This document shows, piece by piece, positions 48,729-59,395 of a DNA stretch of 64,000 bases. The translations under genes and the position numbers were made by a program. Below the pieces are notes generated by a model, which was not told the DNA's origin, ran no database searches, and saw nothing but the letters and a program-made list of their open reading frames with translations. Every line of letters begins with the position of its first letter. The first letter of the stretch is position 1. Source of the DNA: Candidatus Aenigmatarchaeota archaeon (GTDB taxonomy: Archaea; Aenigmatarchaeota; Aenigmatarchaeia; GW2011-AR5; JACRAC01). The stretch is taken from contig JACRAC010000011.1 of assembly GCA_016213555.1 (NCBI GenBank), forward strand, positions 8,841 through 72,840, read 5' to 3'.

Positions 48729-49694
48729 ATGGATCTAACTATAGATATGGAAAAAATGAGGCCTTCTGGATTTCATAATTATGTTAAGAAAAGAAGAGAC
48801 GATTTGATAGATAGGGTTAACAAAGGTTCTGATTGGACTCCTGTCAAAGAATGTCCTGTTTGTAAAAATATGTCAAACAACCAAAAATATTTTGATTATA
48901 GAGGTATTGTTTCTTTTGTATGTGATAAATGCGATTGTTTATATGATGATAAGGTACCTGTTTCTGTAGAAGATGTATATGATAATGTAGATTATTTAGA
49001 GCATACGAAAAAAACATCTTATATAAAAGAATATGAATATAGAAAAAATCGTTTTGGATTTGAGAGGGCTAATATAATTGAAAGTTCTCTAGGTAGTCTA
49101 AAAGGTAAAAGAATTCTTGATATTGGGTGTGGAACAGGTCTTTTTCTGGATGTTATGACTAAATTTGGTGCTGTTCCTGATGGATTAGAAATATCAAAGC
49201 CGCTTGCTGAATATACAGCAAAAAGACTTGGTATAAAAGTATTTACTGAAGATTTTATGGGTTTTAGCTCTGATTATAGATATGATGTTATAACAATGTT
49301 TGATCTTATAGAGCATATAAAAAATCCATTGGATATGCTACAACGTGCTAAAGAATTATTGAATAAAGGAGGAATTATTCTTGTATTTACACCAAATTAT
49401 AGATCAATAGCTTTTGAAATCTTAAAAAATAATTCTAATCTCTATATACCTACAGATCATTTATTATTTTTTTCTAAAAAGACCGTAGACTTTTTGGCAA
49501 AGACACTAGGCATGGAACTCTCGATGTATTCAACCAACGGAATGGATGCGTTTGATCTGTTGTCTTTCGATAGGGATATAAATAATATTGATATAAGTAA
49601 CTCTATACTTTTGAATAACATAAATAAAGTCCAAGATACTATTAACATCTCTGGTTATGCAAACCACATGAGATTTATATTAAAAAAGGTGTGA
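48729..49694 (+). CDS. Class I SAM-dependent methyltransferase with N-terminal Cys4 zinc ribbon
   Basis: CPVCKN...CDKCDC ribbon, motif I ILDIGCGTGLF, 321 aa. Confidence 0.75.
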   Translation: MDLTIDMEKMRPSGFHNYVKKRRDDLIDRVNKGSDWTPVKECPVCKNMSNNQKYFDYRGIVSFVCDKCDCLYDDKVPVSVEDVYDNVDYLEHTKKTSYIKEYEYRKNRFGFERANIIESSLGSLKGKRILDIGCGTGLFLDVMTKFGAVPDGLEISKPLAEYTAKRLGIKVFTEDFMGFSSDYRYDVITMFDLIEHIKNPLDMLQRAKELLNKGGIILVFTPNYRSIAFEILKNNSNLYIPTDHLLFFSKKTVDFLAKTLGMELSMYSTNGMDAFDLLSFDRDINNIDISNSILLNNINKVQDTINISGYANHMRFILKKV

Positions 49695-50860
49695 TAATGA
49701 AATCAGACAACTATTCTTATAAAGTTCGTTTAAATGTTAGATTTGGATTTGGTATTTGTAGAAATATAGGAGAATATTTGAAAAAATCTGGTTTAAACAA
49801 CGTAGGATTTATAATAGATAGAGGTGTTTTTTCTTCTGAACCTGTAAAAGCTATGATAAAATCTGCGCAAGACCATTGCTCTGTAAATAAAGTATACGAA
49901 TGTAGCTTAGTCGAACCTACATATGATGAACTAGATGCTATTACAGAAGAATTTAGAAACCAAAAATTCGATGTAATAATAGGAGTAGGAGGAGGAAGTA
50001 TTATGGATACAGCAAAAGGAGTTTGCGCTCTTATTACAAATCCTGGAAAGGGGATTCAATATAGAGGGTTTGATTTATTGAAAAATAATCCAATACATAT
50101 GATAGCTGTTCCTACAACTGCAGGTACTGGAAGTGAAGTTACTCCAAACGCAGTTTTCACAGATAGTAATGAACAGAGAAAATTAGGTATTAATGGAGAT
50201 AAAATGTTTGCTTACATGTCTTTTCTAGATCCAGAACTTACTATGACATGTCCAAAAAGACCTACTGTATCATCTGGCATGGATGCAATTGTACATACTT
50301 TGGAAAGCTTTGGATCTATTGCAGCAACACCATTTTCTAGAATGTATTCTAGAGAAGCTTTTAGGCTACTTTTTAATTCACTACCTAAGTTAGTGGATAA
50401 CATGAATGATAAAGATCTTAGATCAAAAATGCTTTTAGGAAGCCATTATGCTGGAATAGCTTTGTTTAATGCTAGTGCGGGGCCTTCTGGAGCACTATCA
50501 TATCCGTTAGGAGTTTTATTTAAGGTTCCTCACGGAATTGCAGGAGCGGTCTTTTTGCCAAAGGTTCTAAGAAAAAACGTGGAGATGGGGTATTATGGAT
50601 ATTCAGAGTTGTACGATCTTATTGATGGTGCAAACATGTCTCTTTCTGAAAAAGAAAAAGCATTTGCATTTTGTGATGCTTTAGATACTTTATGTAATAA
50701 AGTTGAGATTCCTGACAAGCTTACTGTTTTTGGTGTTACAGAAAATGATATAGATATACTTCATAAACAAACGGTCACTGGGTTGAAGGCTGCAATAGAT
50801 CATAATCCAGTGAAATTTGAAGATAAACATATTAGAGAAATACTAGAAAATATGATCTAA
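49691..50860 (+). CDS. Iron-containing alcohol dehydrogenase family oxidoreductase
   Basis: GGGSIMDTAKG dinucleotide/metal motif, His-rich C-terminal helical domain (HTLESF..., HYAGIAL), 389 aa. Confidence 0.75.
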   Translation: MIMKSDNYSYKVRLNVRFGFGICRNIGEYLKKSGLNNVGFIIDRGVFSSEPVKAMIKSAQDHCSVNKVYECSLVEPTYDELDAITEEFRNQKFDVIIGVGGGSIMDTAKGVCALITNPGKGIQYRGFDLLKNNPIHMIAVPTTAGTGSEVTPNAVFTDSNEQRKLGINGDKMFAYMSFLDPELTMTCPKRPTVSSGMDAIVHTLESFGSIAATPFSRMYSREAFRLLFNSLPKLVDNMNDKDLRSKMLLGSHYAGIALFNASAGPSGALSYPLGVLFKVPHGIAGAVFLPKVLRKNVEMGYYGYSELYDLIDGANMSLSEKEKAFAFCDALDTLCNKVEIPDKLTVFGVTENDIDILHKQTVTGLKAAIDHNPVKFEDKHIREILENMI

Positions 50861-50876
50861 ATTTAGTTGTATACAT

Positions 50877-51977
50877 ATGTTAATCAAAATAGACAATATA
50901 TCTATAGGTAATTCTAATAAATGTTTTGTTATAGCAGAAGCTGGTGTAAATCATAATGGAGATATAGAAAAAGCATACGAATTGATAGATGCTGCAGTGG
51001 ATGCTAATGCAGATGCTGTTAAATTTCAGACATTTAAGACCGAAGAAATAGCAACAATAGATGCAAAACAAGCAACTTATCAAAAAATTAACATGGGAAA
51101 AGAAGAATCCCAATATGAAATGTTAAAACGTCTTGAATTAAGTTATCAGGATTTTAAAAACTTAAAAAAGTACTGTGACAAAAAAAATATACTTTTTATG
51201 TCAGCTCCTCATTCTTGTAAAGAAGATGTAGATTTGGTTGCAGCTCTTTGCCCAGTTATAAAAGTGCCAAGTGGAGATCTGACAAACTTACCTATCTTAA
51301 AATATATGGCTGAAAAAAGAATTCCTATAATTTTGTCAACAGGAATGTCTAACATGGAGGAGATAAAAGAGGCTTTAGACATTATTACACCAATTAATAA
51401 ACAACTTATAATTCTTCATTGTACATCAAACTATCCAACTCCTTTGAATGAAGTTAATTTGAAAGCTATGAAAACAATTGAAAAAGCGTTTGGATTTCCA
51501 GTAGGTTATTCTGACCATACAATGGGTACAGAAATAACAGTTGCCTCTGTTGCAATGGGTGCATGTGTTGTAGAAAAACATTTTACATTAGATAGGAATC
51601 TTCCAGGACCTGATCATAAGGCATCTCTAGAACCAAATGAGCTAAAAAAAATGGTTAATGAAATACGTAATGTAGAAAAGAGACTAACTCAAGGCATCTC
51701 TCCAGAAAAAATATTAAAAGAACTCAATCTTTTAGATTCTATGGGAGATGGTGTCAAAAAACCCCAACTCTCTGAAATTGAGGTTATGAGAGTTGCAAGA
51801 AAGAGTTTAGTAGCTGCCGTAAATATACCTGAATACACAATAATAACAGAAAAAATGCTTGCAATAAAAAGACCTGGTACTGGATTACATCCAAGAAATT
51901 ACTGGAGTCTTATAGGTAAAAAAGCTAAAACAAACATTAAAAAGGATGAAATGCTTGATATTAAAATGATAGCATGA
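50877..51977 (+). CDS. Nonulosonic acid synthase (NeuB/LegI/PseI family) with C-terminal SAF domain
   Basis: CFVIAEAGVNHNGDIEKA...DAVKFQTF TIM-barrel NeuB signature; SAF antifreeze-like C-terminal domain; 366 aa. Confidence 0.85.
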   Translation: MLIKIDNISIGNSNKCFVIAEAGVNHNGDIEKAYELIDAAVDANADAVKFQTFKTEEIATIDAKQATYQKINMGKEESQYEMLKRLELSYQDFKNLKKYCDKKNILFMSAPHSCKEDVDLVAALCPVIKVPSGDLTNLPILKYMAEKRIPIILSTGMSNMEEIKEALDIITPINKQLIILHCTSNYPTPLNEVNLKAMKTIEKAFGFPVGYSDHTMGTEITVASVAMGACVVEKHFTLDRNLPGPDHKASLEPNELKKMVNEIRNVEKRLTQGISPEKILKELNLLDSMGDGVKKPQLSEIEVMRVARKSLVAAVNIPEYTIITEKMLAIKRPGTGLHPRNYWSLIGKKAKTNIKKDEMLDIKMIA

Positions 51978-52927
51978 AGAAAAATATAAAAATAATTAGA
52001 AGTGCTGTAGGCAGTATGCCTTCATGGGGTCTTATAAAAGAACTCACCAAAAACAATGTAGATATTGTTGGAATTGATAGCAGTCCAATTTCTTTTGGGT
52101 TATATTTGTTGAAAAAAAGTTATGTCGTGCCAAAAGGTAATGACCCAAATTTTATAAATTCTCTCATAAATATAGTTAAAAAAGAAACCCCGGATGCAAT
52201 TATTTCAGGACCAGAAGAAGAAATACTTAATATTTCTAAAAATAAAAGTTTACTGGAAAATAGTGGTATGCTTGTTTTATGTCCAGATTTTGAATCAGTT
52301 GAGATATGTGCAAATAAAAGAAAAACTTACAAATTCTTTAAAAATAATAATATTCCTACACCAGAAATATTTGATGAAGAAAAAAGAGTTAAATTTCCAT
52401 GCGTAGTAAAACCAATTTTTGGAAGAGGGGGTGCAGGTGTATATGTAGCTAATAACCAGGAAGAACTAAGATATTATTTGTCTAAATCAAAAGATTTTAT
52501 TATACAAGAATATGTTGCTGGCACTGAATATACTGTTGATGTTCTTGCAGATAGAGATGGTAATTCATTATCAATTGTTCCTAGAATAAGACTTGGTATA
52601 GAGTCTGGAGTTTCTGTAAAAGGTAAAACCGTATACGACAAAAAAATAATAAATTATGTACAACTTATAGTAAAAAAATTGAAATTATTTGGACCTTCTT
52701 GTATACAGTGCATAAAAAGTTCTGACAGTCTTAAGTTCATAGAAATTAATACACGATTTGGAGGGGGGTCAATACTTTCAATGAAAGCAGATCCTACCAT
52801 AGTACAAAATTTAATAAGAATAATAAGAGGAGAGACTCCTAGAAAAAATAGAACATTCAAAAGAAATCTTATCATGTTACGATATTATTCTGAGATGTTT
52901 TTACAGGAAAAAGATATTAAGAAGTGA
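51974..52927 (+). CDS. ATP-grasp domain ligase
   Basis: 317 aa with ATP-grasp segments (KPIFGRGGAGVYV, IIQEYVAGTEYTVDV, IEINTRFGGG). Confidence 0.7.
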   Translation: MKKNIKIIRSAVGSMPSWGLIKELTKNNVDIVGIDSSPISFGLYLLKKSYVVPKGNDPNFINSLINIVKKETPDAIISGPEEEILNISKNKSLLENSGMLVLCPDFESVEICANKRKTYKFFKNNNIPTPEIFDEEKRVKFPCVVKPIFGRGGAGVYVANNQEELRYYLSKSKDFIIQEYVAGTEYTVDVLADRDGNSLSIVPRIRLGIESGVSVKGKTVYDKKIINYVQLIVKKLKLFGPSCIQCIKSSDSLKFIEINTRFGGGSILSMKADPTIVQNLIRIIRGETPRKNRTFKRNLIMLRYYSEMFLQEKDIKK

Positions 52928-52931
52928 TTTT

Positions 52932-53585
52932 ATGAAAGCTGTTATATTTGATCTAGATAATACTTTATACGATCACTCAAAATATCTTTTAGGGGCTTTT
53001 AGAGATGTTTCCAAGTATCTAAGTCATAAACATTCTTTAAATCAAAGACATGTTTATAAAGTTCTAGTGAGCATATGGAAAAAAAATACTAGTATGTATC
53101 CTAGAGTCTTTAATGATCTTTTAGATCAGCTGTCAATAAAAGAAGATGTAATAAATCTTGTCAATATTTTTAATGCACATGTGTGTAATATTGCTCCTTA
53201 TAAAGATGTAAGATTATTAATAAAAAAATTAAAGAAACAAAAATTCCTTTTAGGGCTTATTACAGATGGTACGGTTGATAGACAAAAAAGAAAGCTAAGC
53301 GCCTTAAAATTACAAAATTCTTTTGATGTAATTATTTTCACGAAAGAAATTGGACATCCAAAGCCTTCTCACAAACCTTTTCTACAAGCTCTATATAAGC
53401 TTGGTGTGAAACCTGAAAATACCTTTTATATTGGAGATAATCCAATAGTAGATTTTGAAGGTTCTAAAAAAGTAGGTATGCATACAATAAGACTCCTTAA
53501 AGGTGAGTTTAGGAAACTTAAAAAAAATAAATATATAGATTATGAAGTAAAGGAGATTATAGATATAATGAAAGTAATCATGTGA
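52932..53585 (+). CDS. HAD-superfamily hydrolase
   Basis: Motif I VIFDLDNTLYD, motif III/IV K...GDNPIVD; 217 aa. Confidence 0.7.
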   Translation: MKAVIFDLDNTLYDHSKYLLGAFRDVSKYLSHKHSLNQRHVYKVLVSIWKKNTSMYPRVFNDLLDQLSIKEDVINLVNIFNAHVCNIAPYKDVRLLIKKLKKQKFLLGLITDGTVDRQKRKLSALKLQNSFDVIIFTKEIGHPKPSHKPFLQALYKLGVKPENTFYIGDNPIVDFEGSKKVGMHTIRLLKGEFRKLKKNKYIDYEVKEIIDIMKVIM

Positions 53586-54595
53586 TTTTTGTGGATTTGA
53601 AAGACAAAAAAATACTAGTTACTGGTGGAGCAGGGTTTATAGGTAGTCATATATGTGAAAAACTTGTATCTTTAGGATCTTCTGTAACTATATTAGATGA
53701 TCTTTCAACTGGAAAAGAAAAAAATATTGCTTCAATAAAAGATAAAATAAAATTTATTAAAGGTAGCGTAGAAGATTATAGAACAGTTCTAAATTCTACA
53801 AAGAAAATTGATTACGTCATTCATCAGGCTTTTCCATACGGAAGGTCTGGAATGGGTCTAGATGAACAATATACTGAGGCAGGAGTTATAGGTACTTTTA
53901 ATGTCCTAAAAGCTTCTGTGATAAATGGTGTGAAAAAGGTTGTTAATGCTTCATCTGTAGCTGCTTATGGTATTCCAAAATATACTCCTTTAGATGAAAA
54001 ACACCCTACAAACCCTTTTCTTCCATATGGTGCAACAAAGATCGTAGGAGAATTGTATTGTAAAACATTTTCAAATCTTTATACTATAGATACAATCAGT
54101 CTTAGGTATTTTTATGTTTATGGTGCAAGATACGCGCAGTTTGATCATAGTGCTATGGTAAATTTTCTTATAAGATCTGTTAGAGGAGAAGATCTTATTA
54201 TATATGGTAATGGTTCTCAAATAAGAGACTATACATATATAGATGATATAGTAAATGGCACACTTCTGGCACTTTTAAAGGAGAATTCCTTAGGAACTGT
54301 ATACAATATAAGCGGTGGTGACGGAATAACTATTCTTGATTTGGCCAAAAAAATAAAAAAGTTGGTAAATAAAAAATCTTCTATAAAATTCGCTGGAAAT
54401 GCAGAATATAGGTTCAGTGATAAGTACAATAAAATTCCTATAGGACTTACCACTAAAGTTGGGGGTAAATGGATAGATGAGAGAAATTATATAGGTAACA
54501 TATCTTTGGCTAAGAAAGAACTTGGTTACAAACCCAAGATTAAAATAGATGATGGTATACAAAGAACTGCGAACTGGTTAAAGTCTATTATGTGA
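53582..54595 (+). CDS. NAD-dependent nucleotide-sugar epimerase/dehydratase (SDR)
   Basis: VTGGAGFIGSH, catalytic YGATK, 337 aa. Confidence 0.8.
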   Translation: MIFVDLKDKKILVTGGAGFIGSHICEKLVSLGSSVTILDDLSTGKEKNIASIKDKIKFIKGSVEDYRTVLNSTKKIDYVIHQAFPYGRSGMGLDEQYTEAGVIGTFNVLKASVINGVKKVVNASSVAAYGIPKYTPLDEKHPTNPFLPYGATKIVGELYCKTFSNLYTIDTISLRYFYVYGARYAQFDHSAMVNFLIRSVRGEDLIIYGNGSQIRDYTYIDDIVNGTLLALLKENSLGTVYNISGGDGITILDLAKKIKKLVNKKSSIKFAGNAEYRFSDKYNKIPIGLTTKVGGKWIDERNYIGNISLAKKELGYKPKIKIDDGIQRTANWLKSIM

Positions 54596-54599
54596 TTAA

Positions 54600-55766
54600 A
54601 TGAACAAAAAAATAGCTGTTGTAACAGGAACAAGGGCTGAATATGGATATCTCAAGCCATTGATAGAGAAAATACTTGGAAGAAAAGGACTAACTCTTCT
54701 TCTATATGTTACAGGAATGCATATTGTTAAAGAATACGGAAATACTGTAAATGAAATAGTTAAGGATGGCTTTGAAATAAGGAAGATTATAGATATGGAT
54801 GTTAAAGAAAATAATACAGTATTTGATACTGCCATATCCATATCAAATGGTGTTAAAGGATTTACAAAAGCTTTTCAAGAAGATTCTCCGGATATGGTAG
54901 TTGTCTTTGGAGACAGAACAGAACCATTTTCAGCTGCTGTAGCAGCAACTACTGTAAATATACCTGTTGCGCATATAAACGGTGGTGATGTAGGGTTTGG
55001 AGATTTAGATAATAATTTAAGACATGCTATTACTAAACTTTCGCATCTACACTTTACTGCAAGTCATCAAAGTATGTGTAGGGTTTTAAAATTAGGAGAA
55101 GAAAAATGGAGGGTTTTTAATGCAGGAGCATTGTCTTTAGACTCTATATTGAATAAAAAATTGTCTAGCAGAAAAGATATATTAGATAAATACTCTATAC
55201 CTGATAGAAAAATAATTCTTGTTGTCTTTCATCCTGTGACTACAGAATATCAGGATTCATCAAATCAAATGAACATAGTTATGCAATCTGTAAAAGAGAT
55301 TGCAGAAAAACATAATAGTGAAATAGTCACAATATATCCTAATGCTTATCCAGGAGGTTATGAAATAATAAAGGTAATTAAAAACTTCTCAAAAAAATCG
55401 AATAAAATACATGTTTTTGAAAATATATCACATCTGGACTATTTATCAATGTTATCTATTTCTTCGGTTTTTCTAGGTAATTCAAGTAGTGGAATAATAG
55501 AGGCGCCATCTTTAGGAATACCTTATGTTTGTATAGCTAACAGACAGTATGGGAGAGAGAGAGGTTATAATGTTATAGATGTTGAATGTAAAAAAAGTTA
55601 CATAAATAAAGCTGTAGAAAAGGCTATGTTTAATAAAAAATTTATCAAAATAGTTGAAAAGAGAAAAAGCCCTTATGGTAACGGAAAAGCTAGCGAATTT
55701 ATTGTTGATATACTATCAAGAATAAATATTGATAAGAGGCTTTTGCAGAAGAAAATTACATATTAG
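54600..55766 (+). CDS. UDP-N-acetylglucosamine 2-epimerase (hydrolysing), NeuC/LegG-like
   Basis: KIAVVTGTRAEYG N-terminus, GDRTEPF, HINGGD motifs of the hydrolysing 2-epimerase family; 388 aa. Confidence 0.85.
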   Translation: MNKKIAVVTGTRAEYGYLKPLIEKILGRKGLTLLLYVTGMHIVKEYGNTVNEIVKDGFEIRKIIDMDVKENNTVFDTAISISNGVKGFTKAFQEDSPDMVVVFGDRTEPFSAAVAATTVNIPVAHINGGDVGFGDLDNNLRHAITKLSHLHFTASHQSMCRVLKLGEEKWRVFNAGALSLDSILNKKLSSRKDILDKYSIPDRKIILVVFHPVTTEYQDSSNQMNIVMQSVKEIAEKHNSEIVTIYPNAYPGGYEIIKVIKNFSKKSNKIHVFENISHLDYLSMLSISSVFLGNSSSGIIEAPSLGIPYVCIANRQYGRERGYNVIDVECKKSYINKAVEKAMFNKKFIKIVEKRKSPYGNGKASEFIVDILSRINIDKRLLQKKITY

Positions 55767-55806
55767 ATTTATACAAAATTTCTATATTTAAGATTATATT
55801 GTAAAT

Positions 55807-56472
55807 ATGATATTTATGAAAATACTTATTATAGCCCCTCATCCAGATGATGAAGTATTAGGATGTGGAGCTACTATTGCAAAATATACAAAACTAGGAC
55901 ACGACGTGTACACATGTATTGTTACAAAAGCATACACACCTGATTGGTCTGAGGAATTTATTAAAAATAGACCAAAAGAAGTTGAAAAATCAAATAAGAT
56001 TTTGGGTATAAAAAAGACTTATTTTTTAGACTTCCCAACTGCAAAGTTAGATACAGTACCACAAAGAGATATAAACAAGGCTATTTCAGATGTTGTTTCT
56101 GAAGTGTCTCCTAACACAGTTTTTATACCACATAAGGGGGACTTGAATAGAGATCATAGACTAGTTTTTGAATGTGCCTTGGTAGCCTTAAGACCTAATA
56201 ATTCAAAAGTCGAAAAAATACTATCCTTCGAAGTTTTATCAGAAACAGATTGGGGACATCCTATAGAAGGATTTAATCCAAATTTATATGTTGATGTATC
56301 AAAATCATTTAAGAAAAAAATAGACGCCATGAAAGTATATGGAACAGAATTAAAAGAATATCCACACCCTAGATCTATAGAAGCTATAGAATCTTTAGCT
56401 AAAAAAAGAGGATCTGAAGCATGTCTTAATCTTGCAGAATCCTTTTTTATTATAAGAGAAGTCTCAAAGTGA
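55807..56472 (+). CDS. PIG-L/LmbE-family N-deacetylase
   Basis: ILIIAPHPDDEVLGCG zinc-binding motif; 221 aa. Confidence 0.75.
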   Translation: MIFMKILIIAPHPDDEVLGCGATIAKYTKLGHDVYTCIVTKAYTPDWSEEFIKNRPKEVEKSNKILGIKKTYFLDFPTAKLDTVPQRDINKAISDVVSEVSPNTVFIPHKGDLNRDHRLVFECALVALRPNNSKVEKILSFEVLSETDWGHPIEGFNPNLYVDVSKSFKKKIDAMKVYGTELKEYPHPRSIEAIESLAKKRGSEACLNLAESFFIIREVSK

Positions 56473-56876
56473 TTATTATGGAAAGATTTGATAAATGGAA
56501 AGAGCCTACTATAAAAGATGGAAAACTGACCAAATGGAATTGGATGGTCCAAAACAAAAAAAACTTGAAACTTGGTAAAAAAACAGATATAGGAGCTTTT
56601 ACCTATATTAATGCAAAATACGGGGTTTATATAGAGGACTTCGTTGAGTTAGGTTCTCATTGTTCTATTTACTCTGAATCTACAATAGACGGAAAAAGAG
56701 GACCTGTCAAAATTAAGAAAAATGCTAAAATAGGATCACACTCTGTTATTATGCCAGGTGTAACAATAGGAGAAAATTCTGTTGTGGGGGCGATGAGTTT
56801 TGTAAATAAAAGCATCCCTGATAATTCTATTGCATTTGGGATACCTGCTAAGGTGGTAAAAATTGTTAAACAATAA
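56469..56876 (+). CDS. Hexapeptide-repeat (left-handed beta-helix) acetyltransferase, LegH/PglD-like
   Basis: Tandem [LIV]-G-x4 hexads (IGSHSVIMPGVTIGENSVVGAMSFV); 135 aa. Confidence 0.7.
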   Translation: MIIMERFDKWKEPTIKDGKLTKWNWMVQNKKNLKLGKKTDIGAFTYINAKYGVYIEDFVELGSHCSIYSESTIDGKRGPVKIKKNAKIGSHSVIMPGVTIGENSVVGAMSFVNKSIPDNSIAFGIPAKVVKIVKQ

Positions 56877-58269
56877 TTATAAAAATCTTTTAGTTGATAA
56901 GGACAAAACCATAAGAGAAGTTATGAGAACTATAGATCTAAACGGTCTTTCCACAGCATTTCTTGTAGATAAAGAAAATAAATTATTTGCTATAATAACA
57001 GACGGTGATATACGTTCTGCTATTCTACACGGTGAAAAACTTGATACACCAGCAATGAAAATAGCAAATAAAACACCAGTAACAATAAATGAAAAAGAAA
57101 ATAGCAAAGAGGGAATTAAAAATTTCTTGAGAGATTCTAAAGTATCTGAAAAAATCCCTAAAAACAGCTCTTTGAAAGTACCAGTCCTTGATGATGATCG
57201 AAAGGTTATAGATCTTTTGTTTATATATTCAGGAGAAAAAATCCCTACTATAACAAAAAAACATAACAAAAAAGAAAATATTAAAAAAGTCCTTGTTGTT
57301 GGTGGAGCTGGTTATCTAGGGTCTTGTGTTTGTAAGAAACTTTTAGAAAGAGGATACAGTGTAAAAGTACTTGATAATTTAATGTTTGGAGATCATGGGA
57401 TAAAAAAAGTGTATGGCAATGAAAACTTTGAGTTTCTTAATGGAGATGTTAGAAATATATCTACAATAGTAGATGCTATAAAAGACGTCCAGGCTGTAAT
57501 TGATCTTGCAGCTATTGTTGGAGATCCTGCATGTGCACATAATCCTAAAAAAACTATAGAAATAAACAATTTTTCTACTAAGGTGTTGGCTGATATATGT
57601 AAATATAGCCAGATAAATCGTTTCATATTTGCTTCAACATGTAGCGTTTATGGAGCTTCAACAGACGAGAGATTGTTGAATGAAGACTCTGAATTAAATC
57701 CAGTTTCTTTGTACGCCGATATGAAACTTGCTACAGAAAAAATTCTGATGGATATATCTGATGAAAATTTCTCACCTACAATATTTAGGATGCCTACTCT
57801 CTTTGGTGCGTCTGATAGAATGAGATTTGATCTAGTTATTAATAGATTAACTGCTCAAGCTGCTAATAAAGAGAATATTACAGTCTTTGGAGGAGATCAG
57901 TGGAGACCTTTTATTCATGTAGAGGATGCTGCAGAGTTTTACGTGAAAGCCTTAGAATTACCTATAGAAACTATAGGCAATAAAATACTTAATGTTGGCA
58001 GTAGTGTTATGAATTATAAGATAATTGAAATTGCAAACATAATTAAAAAAATAACTTCAGCAAATATAGATATAAACCAAGCTGCTATAGATAAAAGAAA
58101 TTATAAAGTTGATTTTTCGTTATCAGAACGACTTTTCGGTATTAAACCTAGATTTGATATTGAAAAAGGAGTTAAGCAAATGCTCAATATAGATAAAAAA
58201 GTAATTGCTGATTATAAATCTGAGCTTTATAATAATGTTGATATGCAGAAGAAAGAGAGCCCAGAATAG
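56863..58269 (+). CDS. CBS-pair fused to SDR nucleotide-sugar 4,6-dehydratase/epimerase (LegB/CapD-like)
   Basis: N-terminal two CBS motifs (~120 aa) then VVGGAGYLGS Rossmann and YADMK (YxxxK); 468 aa. Confidence 0.75.
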   Translation: MLNNNYKNLLVDKDKTIREVMRTIDLNGLSTAFLVDKENKLFAIITDGDIRSAILHGEKLDTPAMKIANKTPVTINEKENSKEGIKNFLRDSKVSEKIPKNSSLKVPVLDDDRKVIDLLFIYSGEKIPTITKKHNKKENIKKVLVVGGAGYLGSCVCKKLLERGYSVKVLDNLMFGDHGIKKVYGNENFEFLNGDVRNISTIVDAIKDVQAVIDLAAIVGDPACAHNPKKTIEINNFSTKVLADICKYSQINRFIFASTCSVYGASTDERLLNEDSELNPVSLYADMKLATEKILMDISDENFSPTIFRMPTLFGASDRMRFDLVINRLTAQAANKENITVFGGDQWRPFIHVEDAAEFYVKALELPIETIGNKILNVGSSVMNYKIIEIANIIKKITSANIDINQAAIDKRNYKVDFSLSERLFGIKPRFDIEKGVKQMLNIDKKVIADYKSELYNNVDMQKKESPE

Positions 58270-59391
58270 TTATATAGACTCGTTAACTTTTTCTACTACA
58301 AATTCTTTTTCCTCATCTGTCATTGTTGGGTATATAGGTAAAGTTAAAACTCTTTTAGAAATATCTTCTGTGAGTTTCAATTTATCTTTATATTTTAGTA
58401 CATTTTTATAAAAATGTGAAAGATGAACTGGAGGGAAGTATACTTTACTCATGATACCATTTTTGTCTAAATTTTGTTGTAGTTTATCTCTTTGTTCTTC
58501 TGACTGTAATCTTATTGTATACATTTGATAAACATTTCTTCCGCCGCTTATTTCTACAGGAACACTGATCTCTTTTTGTAACTTTTTGTTATAAAATTTT
58601 GCAATTTCTCTTCTTTTTTCTATTATCTTCTCTAATTTTCTCATTTGACTTATTCCCAAAGCAGCAACTATTGTAGGTATACGGAAGTTATATCCTAGTG
58701 TTATATAGTCCATAGGAACGTTTGTATCAAAATAATTCTTTGTTTCAAGTCTTCCATGAGATCTAATAAGTTTAAGTTTTTCATAAATAGATCTATTTTT
58801 TGTTATTACAGCACCGCCTTCGCCTGTTGTTATTATTTTGTTTCCACAGAAACTCAGTACTGCAGAATCTCCAAAACTTCCAGCAAATTTACTATCTAAC
58901 TTTGATCCAAGAGCCTCTGCAGCGTCTTCTATTAATATGATATTTTTTTCTTCTGCTATTTTTTTAATTTCTTTTATCTTTGATGCAGTAGACCCGCCAT
59001 AATGTATAGGCATTATAGCCTTTGTGTTTTTAGTTATCTTTTCAGATATTGAGTCTGGATCGAGTGCATAAGTGTCTTCCTCTATATCTGCAAAAACAGG
59101 ATTTGCACCTACAAATTTAACAGCATTTGCGGTTGCTATAAATGTGAATGAAGGAACTATAACATCATCACCATGTTTTATTTCATGAGCTACTAATGAT
59201 GCGTGCAATGCACTTGTACCAGAATTAAATGTTAATACATAAGGGATGCCTAAATAGTCTGATATCATTTTTTCAAATTGTTGTATTTCAGGACCTAATG
59301 TCCAATACATATCTCTTTCTACGATCTTTCTGACTTCTTCCACGTCTTCATTATCTTTACAAACTTTGAATAACGGTATTTTCCAGTTCAT
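58270..59391 (-). CDS. DegT/DnrJ/EryC1-family PLP-dependent sugar aminotransferase (LegC/PseC-like)
   Basis: SGTSALH, PLP-Lys region LSFCGNKIITTGEGG; 373 aa. Confidence 0.85.
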   Translation of the reverse strand: MNWKIPLFKVCKDNEDVEEVRKIVERDMYWTLGPEIQQFEKMISDYLGIPYVLTFNSGTSALHASLVAHEIKHGDDVIVPSFTFIATANAVKFVGANPVFADIEEDTYALDPDSISEKITKNTKAIMPIHYGGSTASKIKEIKKIAEEKNIILIEDAAEALGSKLDSKFAGSFGDSAVLSFCGNKIITTGEGGAVITKNRSIYEKLKLIRSHGRLETKNYFDTNVPMDYITLGYNFRIPTIVAALGISQMRKLEKIIEKRREIAKFYNKKLQKEISVPVEISGGRNVYQMYTIRLQSEEQRDKLQQNLDKNGIMSKVYFPPVHLSHFYKNVLKYKDKLKLTEDISKRVLTLPIYPTMTDEEKEFVVEKVNESI

Positions 59392-59395
59392 ATAA

